From a virus (lineage: Duplodnaviria; Caudoviricetes): DNA of 64,000 nt. Numbering within the stretch: the stretch's first letter is position 1; each line of letters opens with the position of its first letter. The notes below the pieces were generated by a model that was not told the origin of the DNA, searched no databases, and was given only the letters and a program-made list of their open reading frames with translations. The stretch is from the IMG/VR virus record IMGVR_UViG_3300020577_003313; one strand, 5' to 3'. Position numbers and translations under genes: made by a program. Positions 11,901 to 21,599 of this stretch are shown piece by piece.

Positions 11901-12264
11901 AAATGGCGTAGTAGTAAACGATTACAGAAGTATCTTCTCTGGTTTATTCTCTACAGGACTGAGAGTGCTTGTAAAAGGTATGACTACAATCAACGGAGAT
12001 ATCCTTGAGACTGTTATTGTAGACGGAGATCAAGGACCGTTTAATCCATCTACTCCATCTAGGATATTCAATACTCTAGGAATTGCCTGTCAGCTAAATA
12101 AGAGAGAGTTCTTACCCTTAGCCCAGGCTGTATTCAATACAGTTAAGAACAATTATGGCGCTGGCGGATATTACTATCTAGATCCTCTTAAGTCTACCGC
12201 AGACATGGGTGCTGAGGAATCAATAATTAGACCTCTGGTTAAGCTCTATAAATCAATACAATGA
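8893..12264 (+). CDS. large virion structural protein
   Basis: 1123 aa in the structural operon; motif DTRTLGGGL...FDIGTYDGKAYPG resembles large-phage virion proteins (recalled, not searched). Confidence 0.55.
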   Translation: MESTVATPTSFSNQTLDFIRLATQDIATCPQAGLAIYPQNSKDTVLSINVSTTAVNIKYIASTILTQSIPYIGKSLEELATEINSLTIPIKAVPTLRNYILSSGDLFLYDSVSYFQVPDGFRILDRTTNDGVLIRTNKFTVSHKKLTNFSLKRPYNTSLSYPWYPVISNGEFTYRYNGNLYRFKIPEFDKQVWSIKYGKPFKDVINGALKLLKNNAYKVERTPIFWSGENIKIYNSDSLVPNSLIEDIDVNNGIIYFKPNNVITEETQIDYTYLEENYEYTGININGHTTQNPSVLDKFVVIYALPAEGVNYLANNKTIYHVISDSVEEAVASIEKDNYNNPVVVVGAYCIQQVYTSDRISILDTRTLGGGLVDPEGPKSPVHKIAKILNKKKETPIENSLVEAGSFFDIGTYDGKAYPGAGSVAMEMPDSVKDLLPESDLKLRATKFLAAGIYPVMSFYKTPLPAVSGLSTQISCFFNGGIIDSKNLATGTFWFRSPVSIPGTATGNWNTSTDNLLVPASKLDGTGVISTNPSHGAYQTYLKSTPVAGIEYYKRTYTVSKNSNHDEKHYSPWERVVLNDTREVATGQLIKGYVSFPESMNNVEYRSVTVNSPYRLDFTGRFKTDVASEIYNIHNAISGRTDSVTTYGTVIYPVLHASVSDDATMPRYDSYAGTPKPLDYVGDIVQTDLSSTYSGFYTRIGDYISVALGFDDNSFSGMFRFFDQNSLTYRELYESASGIDATSILECVNNYGAYRKNLFGTGDYYYTNIKAKMPALVWKHTVSVGDTNYLPATYNYSVDAGIYTVSGKLHRIPEVSGYSSAEVYEENNTDFEYLKSAQGIISSVELVENFTGSYAQSIRPYIQAVWSGVSTAMDRMPDAINGTRTINGNEVVQHWYMPYNRYGRYAGSLVNQLINCYEHLKNAQTTTGGLTWSSTPGLDVKTLASGFRYIEDTLYTAYPGFSETIARGGMLDEYTSDLLYGYGWYSVNKTAHDTIVSTYNPLLNGVVVNDYRSIFSGLFSTGLRVLVKGMTTINGDILETVIVDGDQGPFNPSTPSRIFNTLGIACQLNKREFLPLAQAVFNTVKNNYGAGGYYYLDPLKSTADMGAEESIIRPLVKLYKSIQ

Positions 12265-15053
12265 CAGACCTTCTCAAAGCTATAACTAGTATACTTCCCA
12301 GTTCCCAGAAAGCAGCTATTAATACTTTGATAGCTGTTAGAAAGAAGTCTCCGGAATTGCAATCTTTAAGAGCTCAACAAGCAGAAGTAAATAAGATCTA
12401 TAATGATCTGAAGTCTAAACTAGGAAAAGTTCTGCTAATTCCGAGACTTGCTATTTCAGGAAGTAAGATATCGTCTGACGACCACAATAAAAACATGCAG
12501 GAGATCTTCTTAGATCTCAACACGCTTTACGAAAACATTGATCAGATTTCTAAGCTATCCCTAATACAGAGCGTCTCTCTGGATTCCGAATATCAGAAAT
12601 CAAAAGCGACGATAGAGAGATTACTTACTGACACTAAGCTATTTTCTCTTAGAAAGAAGTATTCTGACTTCAACGAGATTAAGTACATAGACTTTAACAG
12701 CACGAAGAATAACACGAGTATTCTGCCGAAGGCAGAGGTTAATCCAAAGACAAGACTACTACAGGCTAAACAGATCGACACTACAAGAGCTCATCTAATT
12801 AATAGAGAGGCCAAAGTAACTAAGATCTATACAAAGACTAAAGCTGTAGGTATAAAGAGTGGACTAGCGAAATCATTCCCGCCAGAACTAATGAGTGACC
12901 AGAAACCAGAAACGTTCTGGACTACCCTGGTTATGTGCGATTCCGCAGTCTCTCAAATATATGAGAAGCAAACAAGGAACGGCATCTCTTCTCAAGAAGT
13001 AATCAACGGCCCAGTAACGGAAATATTCTTCAAGTTTTCTAATGTAGAAAGGCTGAACCACATACGCCTACTACCATTCTCAGACTACCCTCTGAGGATC
13101 CTAGACATAGCTTATAGACCGTCAATCAATTCTACTGTCTTCTTTACTATTGACGGATTTAAAGAATCCGTCACTCTAGACTGGGAAGAGTTTAATTTCA
13201 ATTCTATATTCGCTCATGAAGTAAGAATTACTATTGCCCAAGAGAATCCTAAACAAGCAGTCTATCAGCTTCCTAGAAGTGTGATAACAAACACAGATGT
13301 GTTCCAGAAAATATATGACGCCAAGCTATCCAAGTTTCTTGGTAACGAGCTAGTAGATTCGGATATTGCTTTAGATCTAATAAGACAGACTACTAACTAC
13401 GAGAACGCGGTTTCTACTCTAGAAAGTCTTTACCAGACTTCTACTTTTGGAGGAGCTAGTAGTTCTCCTCTTGATACATTCTACGACTTCAATACAATTG
13501 TTCTAAACCTATTGCAAACAATTGACCCAGACATAACTAAAGAAACTATTCTCGCGACTAACGCTAAGGAAGCTGGGGTTATAGAAGACGAACTCGTCTC
13601 TGTAAGAAAGTTTGAGTACATATTGGGCATGAGAGAAGTAGAGATGGGATATGCTCTCTATTCTCCAGTCTCTTACTATGAATCTGAAAAGTTCGATGTG
13701 CAGGCTACTGTATCAGAGATACAGCTAGAAGTAGAAGAAGATCACACGCTTGTCAATTCAAAATGGGGGGACCCATATAAAAAGACTTCAGTTGAATGGT
13801 CAGTAGATCTTGGTGGAGGAAGAATAGTACCTATTCATCCTAGAAACTTAACCGGAGATATTGAAAGCGTTCCAACAGTAAAAGACGAGTTGATACAGTT
13901 TAATAGTTTAAGTGGCTCAGCCTATACTAGAATGGGAGGCCGGTATGCTTCGATTAATTCTTTAAAGAAAGAAGGTGAAGTAATACCTGAAACTGAGTAC
14001 AGAGTATCAAGAATACCTGGAGCTGTGCCAAAACTAAAGATTGATCTTACCGGAAGCAATTGGTATGATCCTGTTGCGGTCTATTCAGTAGACTACGCAG
14101 TAGACGTTGATAGCTATAAGATAGATGTACTTACTAAGTACAACAGCGAACAAATAGCGACTCCAGATAAGTTCAATGAAGCAGGGCCGGATAACAATAT
14201 CCTACTCAGCAAGTATCCATTCATTAATTATGAAGTAATTAACTTAACAGGATACTTCTCAAAGACTCCGGACAATGCTTGGGTTTTCGTTCCGCCCCAG
14301 AAGAATATAACATCTGGCCAGTTAACTTTCGTTCCTCAGATTATTGATGATGTAGGAAACATATTACAGACAGGAAGTATCTCGGGGTTCCTATTAACCG
14401 GAGTCTGGGGTACTAGATCTGGAGAAACTTTTGCAACCTTATTAGGTAATCCTAACCTATCTCTTCAATACTTCAATCAGGTAAACGGAGTAAAGTTTGG
14501 ATACTATCTTCAGGTTATGGATTCTAAGAGTCTCTATGAGATCTCCGGATTCAATAATACTTCTGGGTTTAGCATGTATGATGTTCCGGAGTTTACCTTA
14601 TCTCAGATACAGACTTGGGATTCGATTAGCCCCGGAGTTGTATTCTCTGGTGATCTAGGATCAGCGCCATCTGGTTCATTAATTGCAGACTATGCCATAG
14701 GCATAGGTGTTAAAACAGATGATCAAATTTTTGCTCTTAGCGAGAATACTTACTATCCTATCTCAGTAACAGTAGGAGGAAAGCTAGCTAAGAACATAAC
14801 AGACTATGAGAAATTCGAGCACCCAGCTTTCTCTTCCTCATCTACTAACGGCGCAAACTATGAGTACATCCAAGCTGGCAAGTCAGTCTACTTTAATCTC
14901 CCTGCAGGAACTAAAGAAGTAAAGGTAGACTATAGATGGATATCTGACTACGTTAAAGTAATTGGAACTCTAAGGTCGCATCAAAAAATTAACCCAGACT
15001 TGTCTGCTAAGGTTAATAGCATACTGCTGCTCATTAACAACATGGTAATATGA
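12261..15053 (+). CDS. structural protein, paralog family member 1
   Basis: 930 aa; N-terminal helical SSDDHNKNMQEIFLDL, MSDQKPETFW and EYILGMREV motifs shared with neighbours. Confidence 0.6.
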   Translation: MTDLLKAITSILPSSQKAAINTLIAVRKKSPELQSLRAQQAEVNKIYNDLKSKLGKVLLIPRLAISGSKISSDDHNKNMQEIFLDLNTLYENIDQISKLSLIQSVSLDSEYQKSKATIERLLTDTKLFSLRKKYSDFNEIKYIDFNSTKNNTSILPKAEVNPKTRLLQAKQIDTTRAHLINREAKVTKIYTKTKAVGIKSGLAKSFPPELMSDQKPETFWTTLVMCDSAVSQIYEKQTRNGISSQEVINGPVTEIFFKFSNVERLNHIRLLPFSDYPLRILDIAYRPSINSTVFFTIDGFKESVTLDWEEFNFNSIFAHEVRITIAQENPKQAVYQLPRSVITNTDVFQKIYDAKLSKFLGNELVDSDIALDLIRQTTNYENAVSTLESLYQTSTFGGASSSPLDTFYDFNTIVLNLLQTIDPDITKETILATNAKEAGVIEDELVSVRKFEYILGMREVEMGYALYSPVSYYESEKFDVQATVSEIQLEVEEDHTLVNSKWGDPYKKTSVEWSVDLGGGRIVPIHPRNLTGDIESVPTVKDELIQFNSLSGSAYTRMGGRYASINSLKKEGEVIPETEYRVSRIPGAVPKLKIDLTGSNWYDPVAVYSVDYAVDVDSYKIDVLTKYNSEQIATPDKFNEAGPDNNILLSKYPFINYEVINLTGYFSKTPDNAWVFVPPQKNITSGQLTFVPQIIDDVGNILQTGSISGFLLTGVWGTRSGETFATLLGNPNLSLQYFNQVNGVKFGYYLQVMDSKSLYEISGFNNTSGFSMYDVPEFTLSQIQTWDSISPGVVFSGDLGSAPSGSLIADYAIGIGVKTDDQIFALSENTYYPISVTVGGKLAKNITDYEKFEHPAFSSSSTNGANYEYIQAGKSVYFNLPAGTKEVKVDYRWISDYVKVIGTLRSHQKINPDLSAKVNSILLLINNMVI

Positions 15054-16534
15054 CAGACCTAGTAAAGACTCCTATTGACAGCAAGCTGATCGTAGAGCGC
15101 CTCCAGGGCGCTCTTACCCAACTACACTCTAACCTAACTCCTGATGTAGCTAGCAGCATTCCTCTGACCATTAACGAGGTCTATAACACTCTCTCGGATT
15201 ACTTTACAAACATCTCTGAGATTGAGTTTAATCCGGATCATCTTCTAACAAACGACTCCCCGAGCTCGGAGGTTTACAATAACAACCTACTGGCTATCCA
15301 TAGAGATATAACTAGGTTCTACAAAGAACTAGAAAATCTAACTAACCTTCAGGTTAAGTCTTATAACTATGCTTATGTAGTTAACCAGGATATAATCAAT
15401 AAGGCGGCCGAGCTCGCTAGCATGGTTCTAGATCTCAATATATTGAACAACTTCAATAGAGGAGATACCATTGTTGCAGGCGATGATTTCATTAACCAGG
15501 ATAACATAGACCTAGATGTTGCTACAGGAGCAGAGCAAGCAGAACTCCTTCCTGGCGGAGGAGGTATAGCCTTAGCTAGAAATACTTCTGTAGATCTTGT
15601 TGATACCAACACTAAGGTAGATATCATTCCTATATCTCCTGCTGAATCATCCTCAAGTAATCCAACAGTAAATACCGCGCCTACTCCTGGTAACTTTCAG
15701 AGATTCTACGAAGGAAATTATTACAACTTCTTAGGTATGGCTCGCCCAGAGGGCGACCAGTTCAATATCAAATTCCTACTAGAATCAAATTCTAGTGACC
15801 CAGTAGCGGCGTCCTCGGCTACTAATGGTGTACTAGTAGACTTAGGAGCGTCTGAAGAAGAGAAGGCTGCGACAAGACTCAGAATGTTTGATAAGAATCC
15901 TAGCACATTCTGGGAATGTGAATACCTTTACAAGGTGGATACTCCACTACTTTCAGTAGGCATAGAGTCTTCAGACATAGTCAAAGAAGCAGACGAGGCA
16001 GTTCTAGAGCCTGATAATTCAAGCTCGCCAGCTACTGGAACAGTAGTCATAGATCTAAAGAGAGCTGAGCTGGCCGCTCAGCAATTTGATCTTCCTGGTC
16101 GCGATCTAATCATAGACCTAGTAATAACATTCAAAGAAGTCAAGACTGTAAACTTCGTTACTATTAATCCTCTCTTATTTGGTGCGGACGCATACCCAGA
16201 GATAGTAGACATTTCTACCACATCTGTAGATGATGGAACATTTGTTACTGTTGATGGCTGGGAGAGTTTGAAATTTGCAAAGTTCTTGACTCCAGAAGCT
16301 AACGAGTTCTTAACCGATTCGCAGACAAACGCAATATTAGCTCCGAATAGATCTTCTTTCTCTGGACAAGGTATATTCCCATTCCCTGCTAGAGATGCTA
16401 AGAAGATAAAGATCAGAATAAAGGCCGCGACTCCTGTCGCTTGCCCGTACGAAAAAATATACGCTCTTATGACTAACAACACTAAGACGACTATTACTAC
16501 TACAGTCACTAAGAAGAAAGGACTTCTAAGATAA
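15050..16534 (+). CDS. structural protein, paralog family member 2, N-terminal half
   Basis: 494 aa; SSEVYNNNLLAIHRDI and MFDKNPSTFW motifs. Confidence 0.6.
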   Translation: MTDLVKTPIDSKLIVERLQGALTQLHSNLTPDVASSIPLTINEVYNTLSDYFTNISEIEFNPDHLLTNDSPSSEVYNNNLLAIHRDITRFYKELENLTNLQVKSYNYAYVVNQDIINKAAELASMVLDLNILNNFNRGDTIVAGDDFINQDNIDLDVATGAEQAELLPGGGGIALARNTSVDLVDTNTKVDIIPISPAESSSSNPTVNTAPTPGNFQRFYEGNYYNFLGMARPEGDQFNIKFLLESNSSDPVAASSATNGVLVDLGASEEEKAATRLRMFDKNPSTFWECEYLYKVDTPLLSVGIESSDIVKEADEAVLEPDNSSSPATGTVVIDLKRAELAAQQFDLPGRDLIIDLVITFKEVKTVNFVTINPLLFGADAYPEIVDISTTSVDDGTFVTVDGWESLKFAKFLTPEANEFLTDSQTNAILAPNRSSFSGQGIFPFPARDAKKIKIRIKAATPVACPYEKIYALMTNNTKTTITTTVTKKKGLLR

Positions 16535-16535
16535 C

Positions 16536-17375
16536 ATGGGACTTTTCTCAAAGAAGAAAAAGACTTCTGTATCTACTGAAGTAGTAGATACTGTACTGAC
16601 AAAAATAGTAAAGCTGTCTTATATTCAGAGTGTCGCTATCAATGGCGAGAGTGCCAAGGTAACAGACTTTGTTCAAGAAACTGGCGCTAGTAAAACTGAT
16701 CCGGTAACCTTGGACAACACAAAATCCGAAAGCACTGCCTATAAAATAGGCAATAGTAAGAATACTTTAGTCGGCGGAATAATTCTACGACTACCAGTTG
16801 TGGGACTTGCTGCCGGAGTTGTCAGTGGTCTTCTAGGAAAGAAGACGTCTACTAACGTCACTGCTGCGACTGAACAGAGCGGCTGGTCTCTTGTTAAGAC
16901 CTGGACTCAACCTCAGTTCGATATAATCCGTTATGCGATCGGCATAAAGGAACTTTCTATATCGCAGTTTTCTTATCAGCCTGTAAGTGAGATAATCTCT
17001 AAGCCTTGGTCTTCCCCTAAAGAGATCAACAAAGTTTCTCTGCTGGTAGATCAGTATATTCCTTCTCAATTTCCTCCTGGTGTCTACATCGAGTACTATG
17101 TAAAATCTGACACCAAGGATAGCAACTGGATAAGAATAAATCCAGTTGGCTTGCCAACGCAGTATGATGCTGCGGGAACTATAGTTCCGCGCATTATCAA
17201 CTTTAATACCGAACGTCCTGTTTCTTCGAATATCGAAGACGCCTACGTAAGTATCTCTGAGCCGGTGAAATCAATTAGATTCAGGGCTCTGCTAAAAAGA
17301 CCGGAAGGTCAGGATACTTACACACCTGTATTAAGATCTTACAGGTTAAAAATTTCGTTAAGGAACGGACTATGA
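16536..17375 (+). CDS. structural protein, paralog family member 2, C-terminal half
   Basis: 279 aa; RYAIGIKEL and C-terminal TPVLRSYRLKI motifs complete the architecture missing from the previous ORF. Confidence 0.55.
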   Translation: MGLFSKKKKTSVSTEVVDTVLTKIVKLSYIQSVAINGESAKVTDFVQETGASKTDPVTLDNTKSESTAYKIGNSKNTLVGGIILRLPVVGLAAGVVSGLLGKKTSTNVTAATEQSGWSLVKTWTQPQFDIIRYAIGIKELSISQFSYQPVSEIISKPWSSPKEINKVSLLVDQYIPSQFPPGVYIEYYVKSDTKDSNWIRINPVGLPTQYDAAGTIVPRIINFNTERPVSSNIEDAYVSISEPVKSIRFRALLKRPEGQDTYTPVLRSYRLKISLRNGL

Positions 17376-17845
17376 TTAAGCTAAACATCAACAAGAAAAC
17401 TACTACTAAGAAGCCAGACAGAAAGTACTCTCACATCACTAAAGAAGAGATGGCGAAAAAGATTGAGATGCTAGAGCTAGAGCTCTCTCTAACAAAGAAT
17501 TTCAATGCCAGCTTAACTAGCATGATTAACAACTGGACCATTCCCTGGCAACCCTACACTACACCTTTGGTAGGAGGTCCTGATTATGGCGGCAGTATAT
17601 CAACGGCAGGAACTGCTTGTCCTACAGTTTGGTCTGCCTACAATGGCACACTAACTTCTAACAGTACTTTGCCAGTTTCTGATAGTCAGCCTCAGGCTAG
17701 TATAGACACAAAGCCTTGCTGCGCTGTTCAAGATGCAGTAAGCAACAATACTGTACCAGCAACCGCTGAAGAAATTCCGCGTGAAAATCAGTGCGTAAGC
17801 ACCTACGAAACGAGTCAGCATGGGAATTTACCAACGCCAGTTTAA
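17372..17845 (+). CDS. hypothetical protein (basic N-terminus, short coiled coil, disordered tail)
   Basis: 157 aa; ATGA coupling to the upstream gene. Confidence 0.5.
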   Translation: MIKLNINKKTTTKKPDRKYSHITKEEMAKKIEMLELELSLTKNFNASLTSMINNWTIPWQPYTTPLVGGPDYGGSISTAGTACPTVWSAYNGTLTSNSTLPVSDSQPQASIDTKPCCAVQDAVSNNTVPATAEEIPRENQCVSTYETSQHGNLPTPV

Positions 17846-20774
17846 AGAAATACTCGCTCAAGAACTCCTGAGATACTTGTTGGAGGGCCGTCTACCTAGC
17901 GTAGACGAGCTCTCTTCTCGTATTTCAGGGGCTCTTTCTAAGGATGGTAAAGTTACTTATCAGTACCGTCCTCAACCATACAAGTCACTATTCCAGATAG
18001 ACTTGTATAACAAGTCTCTAGATCATATAAAGTTTGACCTGGATCTTCTTCAGGAAGAAACTTTAGATCTGTTGTCTGATTCTGTAAAAAGAATTACATA
18101 CGCAGACTTGTATCATAAAATTAACAGCTACAATTTAGCTGACCTTAAAGCAAAACTGAAGTCCGCGCTATTCACTATAGCAAACGCAGACTACTATTTT
18201 GTAGGGGCTTTTGATAACTTCTTAGATTCTACAAAGACTGATCTGACCCAGTCTTCTCCTAATGTCCTTAACCTTTCTGAAAGATGTCTTAACATCCCGA
18301 TGGGAGAAGCTAAAACTTCTAAACTAAAGATCACGCACCTATCTTCTTATGTAAGCTGGCCTGTTCAGATCAACGCCCCTGCTGGGGCTTCTCAGACCCA
18401 AGTAGCTGGGACAGCGTTTGCTAATATATTCAAGACCACTACAGATGTATGGGCTGTAGAAGTAACTTCACAAGTCTCTGGTCCCGCTGAGATAATAATA
18501 AAATTTCCTCTAGCCGGGCCTGCTGAATCAGAGAAAGAAGTATTCATAAACAGAATAGAGCTTCAGGGACATTCTCCTGCTACACAGAGAGTAACTCTAA
18601 AGTTCTCTACTGATGATGTCAACTATACATCTCCCCTTGGATATGAGAACGGAATTCTCATGTCTAACCTAGAAAATGTTTACGCCCTAGATTTTGAAAC
18701 TAACCTTGTACAGTATGTGCTTATGACTTTCAGAAAAGAAAGTCCAGACTCTGAATCAGTGAACGGAGATCAAAAGTCATACAAGTATATCTTTGGCCTA
18801 AAGAACTTCTCTGCTTACACAATAGGTAGAGGTACGAATGCTGTCTACTACAGCAAGCCATTTTCTCTATCTAGTAACGATGGAATAATTTCAAAGGTAT
18901 CTATACAGAGTACTTTTGAAAAACCCGTAGGGACAAATATTTCCTATTACATAGGAAGAAAAGTAGGTGATAGCATTTCCTACATTCCGGTTAATCCAGT
19001 AGGGACGCAGCTTACTTCTGGCGTGTCTGATGTGGTTGTGCTTTCTAATAACGTGCAGAACTACAATAAGTTCCAAGTTGATACAACAGGAACTGGCGCG
19101 GCTACTCAGTACGGATCTCCTTTCCAAGGAAAGGTATTCTACAGAATAGGTCCTGCTATCTCTCCGGATCCAATCTTCGGTTCCGTAAGATTGTACAGAG
19201 GATATAAACTTTGGTACAGAGACAAATCTAGTGCCTTTAAAGTTTTAGAGAACAATGACACTTATATCAATTTTGGTTCAAGTGATTCAGAATATGTTTA
19301 TACAACAAAGTCTGAAGTACCCACTTATGAAAACAAAGTCGATCCTGTTAGCGGTAGCAAAACAGTTGTACTCACTCTTTCTAGATCACCTTATTACAGT
19401 AGCTCTAAAGGACACGCGCTTCGTCCACCAGCCGGTGTAGATACTTCAATAGACTCTGTACCTAACTATGCAATCTATAAAGTTCTACAGACTAGTACTA
19501 CGACAACTTTAACAAGATCCATTATTCTTGGCGCGGATAATACTCAGGATCTTCCTGCGAATAACTTTGTCATTCAATCTACTGATCCTTCTCAGTTACC
19601 AGAGTTATCTAGCTCTAATAGAGCTACCATATACAGACCTAACATCGACTATATAATTGAAACGGAAGATGTTGACGGTAAGCTAAGACCGACTGGTAGA
19701 TTCATAATACCTACAGGCAGCAGCCTTCCTTTAGGAACGAATCTTCTTTTAGATTTTACCTACACGATTGATCCTGACATTACTCATAAAGTTACCAGAA
19801 TAGAAGGTAACTTTGTTACCTTATCTAATACTCAGATAAACTCTGGGGACTCAGTTGTAGTTACATACAGATATGTTCCTAGTTCTCCGACTGTAATAAT
19901 AGGACCTTCTGTCAGATTATTTAGTGCTCCTTCTTCTAATAGAGCGCGACGAGTTTATATAGAGGGCACTGATTATTCTTTCAATCCCACAACAGGTCTA
20001 GTTCAAAAACTAGGATCTGGAGCGATAGGAACTTCGGCATACTTAGACTTTAAGTACAAGGATTCCACGGATGGAATCCAGACCTTTACTATCTGGGCAA
20101 AGGTTGCCAACCCTAGCGGCATCCAGATAAAGTTTGAGCTAAACAATCTAACTAAGAAGAATAAACTTTCTGTAGATACAGAATCTGGGGAAACTTTCTA
20201 TGTCAATGGACCACAAGGTCTCATAGATATAAGCAAGACAACTGTAACTAATCTACTAGGACCTGGCTGGATTCAATTTATTGTCAGATCAAAAGATCCA
20301 GATTCTAACATCACACTAGGATCTAATCTAATAGATCAAGTTATACAGCTGAGAGATTCTTCTGGAAAGAAGATATTCAAAGAAGGCAATGCTTATTTCT
20401 CAGAGCTAGTAGCTTTTAGAGAACCAATGTCACAAAGAACATTGAATCATCTTAGAGTTAATACTCTGATGAGCGATCATCAAAGTTTTGCAATTGATGA
20501 TTTTACAGATGTGAATAACAGTTATGTTGTCGTTAACTTTAATCCAACTACAACTGACGAACTCTATAACAGAATCGCTACAGACGATAACGACTTGACT
20601 AGTAGACCAGCTTTAGCTGGTGAAATATTCTATATGACTTGGGAGTCTAAGAATCAAAATATTGATTCAGCTGACTCTAATATTGTTGTTCGTATAGATT
20701 TAGAGCGCGAAACGTCTACGGACGGCGCACTCTCACCAAAGGTTTTTGACTATCAAATTAGGGCATCAACATGA
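17820..20774 (+). CDS. structural protein, paralog family member 3
   Basis: 984 aa; DLYNKSLDHIKFDL, KYIFGLKNF, C-terminal SPKVFDYQIRA; YxEGTDY-type baseplate-like segments. Confidence 0.6.
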   Translation: MGIYQRQFKEILAQELLRYLLEGRLPSVDELSSRISGALSKDGKVTYQYRPQPYKSLFQIDLYNKSLDHIKFDLDLLQEETLDLLSDSVKRITYADLYHKINSYNLADLKAKLKSALFTIANADYYFVGAFDNFLDSTKTDLTQSSPNVLNLSERCLNIPMGEAKTSKLKITHLSSYVSWPVQINAPAGASQTQVAGTAFANIFKTTTDVWAVEVTSQVSGPAEIIIKFPLAGPAESEKEVFINRIELQGHSPATQRVTLKFSTDDVNYTSPLGYENGILMSNLENVYALDFETNLVQYVLMTFRKESPDSESVNGDQKSYKYIFGLKNFSAYTIGRGTNAVYYSKPFSLSSNDGIISKVSIQSTFEKPVGTNISYYIGRKVGDSISYIPVNPVGTQLTSGVSDVVVLSNNVQNYNKFQVDTTGTGAATQYGSPFQGKVFYRIGPAISPDPIFGSVRLYRGYKLWYRDKSSAFKVLENNDTYINFGSSDSEYVYTTKSEVPTYENKVDPVSGSKTVVLTLSRSPYYSSSKGHALRPPAGVDTSIDSVPNYAIYKVLQTSTTTTLTRSIILGADNTQDLPANNFVIQSTDPSQLPELSSSNRATIYRPNIDYIIETEDVDGKLRPTGRFIIPTGSSLPLGTNLLLDFTYTIDPDITHKVTRIEGNFVTLSNTQINSGDSVVVTYRYVPSSPTVIIGPSVRLFSAPSSNRARRVYIEGTDYSFNPTTGLVQKLGSGAIGTSAYLDFKYKDSTDGIQTFTIWAKVANPSGIQIKFELNNLTKKNKLSVDTESGETFYVNGPQGLIDISKTTVTNLLGPGWIQFIVRSKDPDSNITLGSNLIDQVIQLRDSSGKKIFKEGNAYFSELVAFREPMSQRTLNHLRVNTLMSDHQSFAIDDFTDVNNSYVVVNFNPTTTDELYNRIATDDNDLTSRPALAGEIFYMTWESKNQNIDSADSNIVVRIDLERETSTDGALSPKVFDYQIRAST

Positions 20775-21058
20775 ACGCTGAATTACTTCTAAGTAAAAAG
20801 TTTAGGACAGCTTGCCTAGCTGCCTTAACTAGCCTTTTAACTTTCTTAGTCTCTGAATTTGGACTTAAGATAGATATAGAAAAGACTATTGCTTTAGTCT
20901 CTACCATATCTGTACCGTTCTATCTCTACATTGCAGCAGAAGCATACTCTGAGAAAGACGCTAAGAAAGTTGTAGAGGAAGCCAATGCTCGCAAAGAATT
21001 GAGCAACGCTTTATTGGATAAGCTAAAACAAGATACAAATAAGGATGAACTCCCATGA
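20771..21058 (+). CDS. holin-like membrane protein
   Basis: 95 aa; SKKF followed by two hydrophobic helices and a charged C-terminal tail. Confidence 0.5.
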   Translation: MNAELLLSKKFRTACLAALTSLLTFLVSEFGLKIDIEKTIALVSTISVPFYLYIAAEAYSEKDAKKVVEEANARKELSNALLDKLKQDTNKDELP

Positions 21059-21303
21059 TGAATAAGAAACTATTCGCCGCACTAGCGGTGTTACTGTTAC
21101 TAACAAGCTGCGTAACTGATCCCAGATTCTACTCTTACGTCACTGCTGACAGAGCAGAGTTTGATGTAACTAAGGAACATTACGCCAAGCTCATGAAGGA
21201 CGCCAACGTCCCAGAACAAGATGTAGCTACTCATATGGGCAGACTACAGGCTAGAGAGCAACACATTATTGAGGCCGAGAAGTATCTCGGTATCGTTAAA
21301 TGA
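21055..21303 (+). CDS. lipoprotein (spanin-like candidate)
   Basis: Signal peptide MMNKKLFAALAVLLLLTS-C with a lipobox Cys. Confidence 0.6.
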   Translation: MMNKKLFAALAVLLLLTSCVTDPRFYSYVTADRAEFDVTKEHYAKLMKDANVPEQDVATHMGRLQAREQHIIEAEKYLGIVK

Positions 21304-21599
21304 TTGATATCAAAGATGTAGTTAAGTCAGAAGTATCTGACTTTTTAAAGACCATGGACGGACAGATCCATGATCCGGCTGAACGAGCAGCATTAGCCAG
21401 AATGGCTAATGATCTAGCCCTGCTACCTATTAGAATGGCAGCAGGCGAAGACGTGACTATACTTGCTAAGTCTATCAAAGCTGAGACTCTCCTAAGAGGA
21501 GATGCTTTCAGCCTTAAGACGCAAGCGGCTGCTCAGAAAGTTTGGATGAATGTCTTGACTAAAGTTTTAGGCGCTATTATTGCAGGAGCCTTAGCCTAA
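21300..21599 (+). CDS. hypothetical helical protein with hydrophobic C-terminus
   Basis: 99 aa; ATGA coupled. Confidence 0.55.
   Translation: MIDIKDVVKSEVSDFLKTMDGQIHDPAERAALARMANDLALLPIRMAAGEDVTILAKSIKAETLLRGDAFSLKTQAAAQKVWMNVLTKVLGAIIAGALA

Noticed and set aside
16078-16551. 157-aa hydrophobic minus-strand ORF and similar short antisense ORFs
   Set aside because: Lie opposite well-supported genes and show no motifs; treated as shadows.
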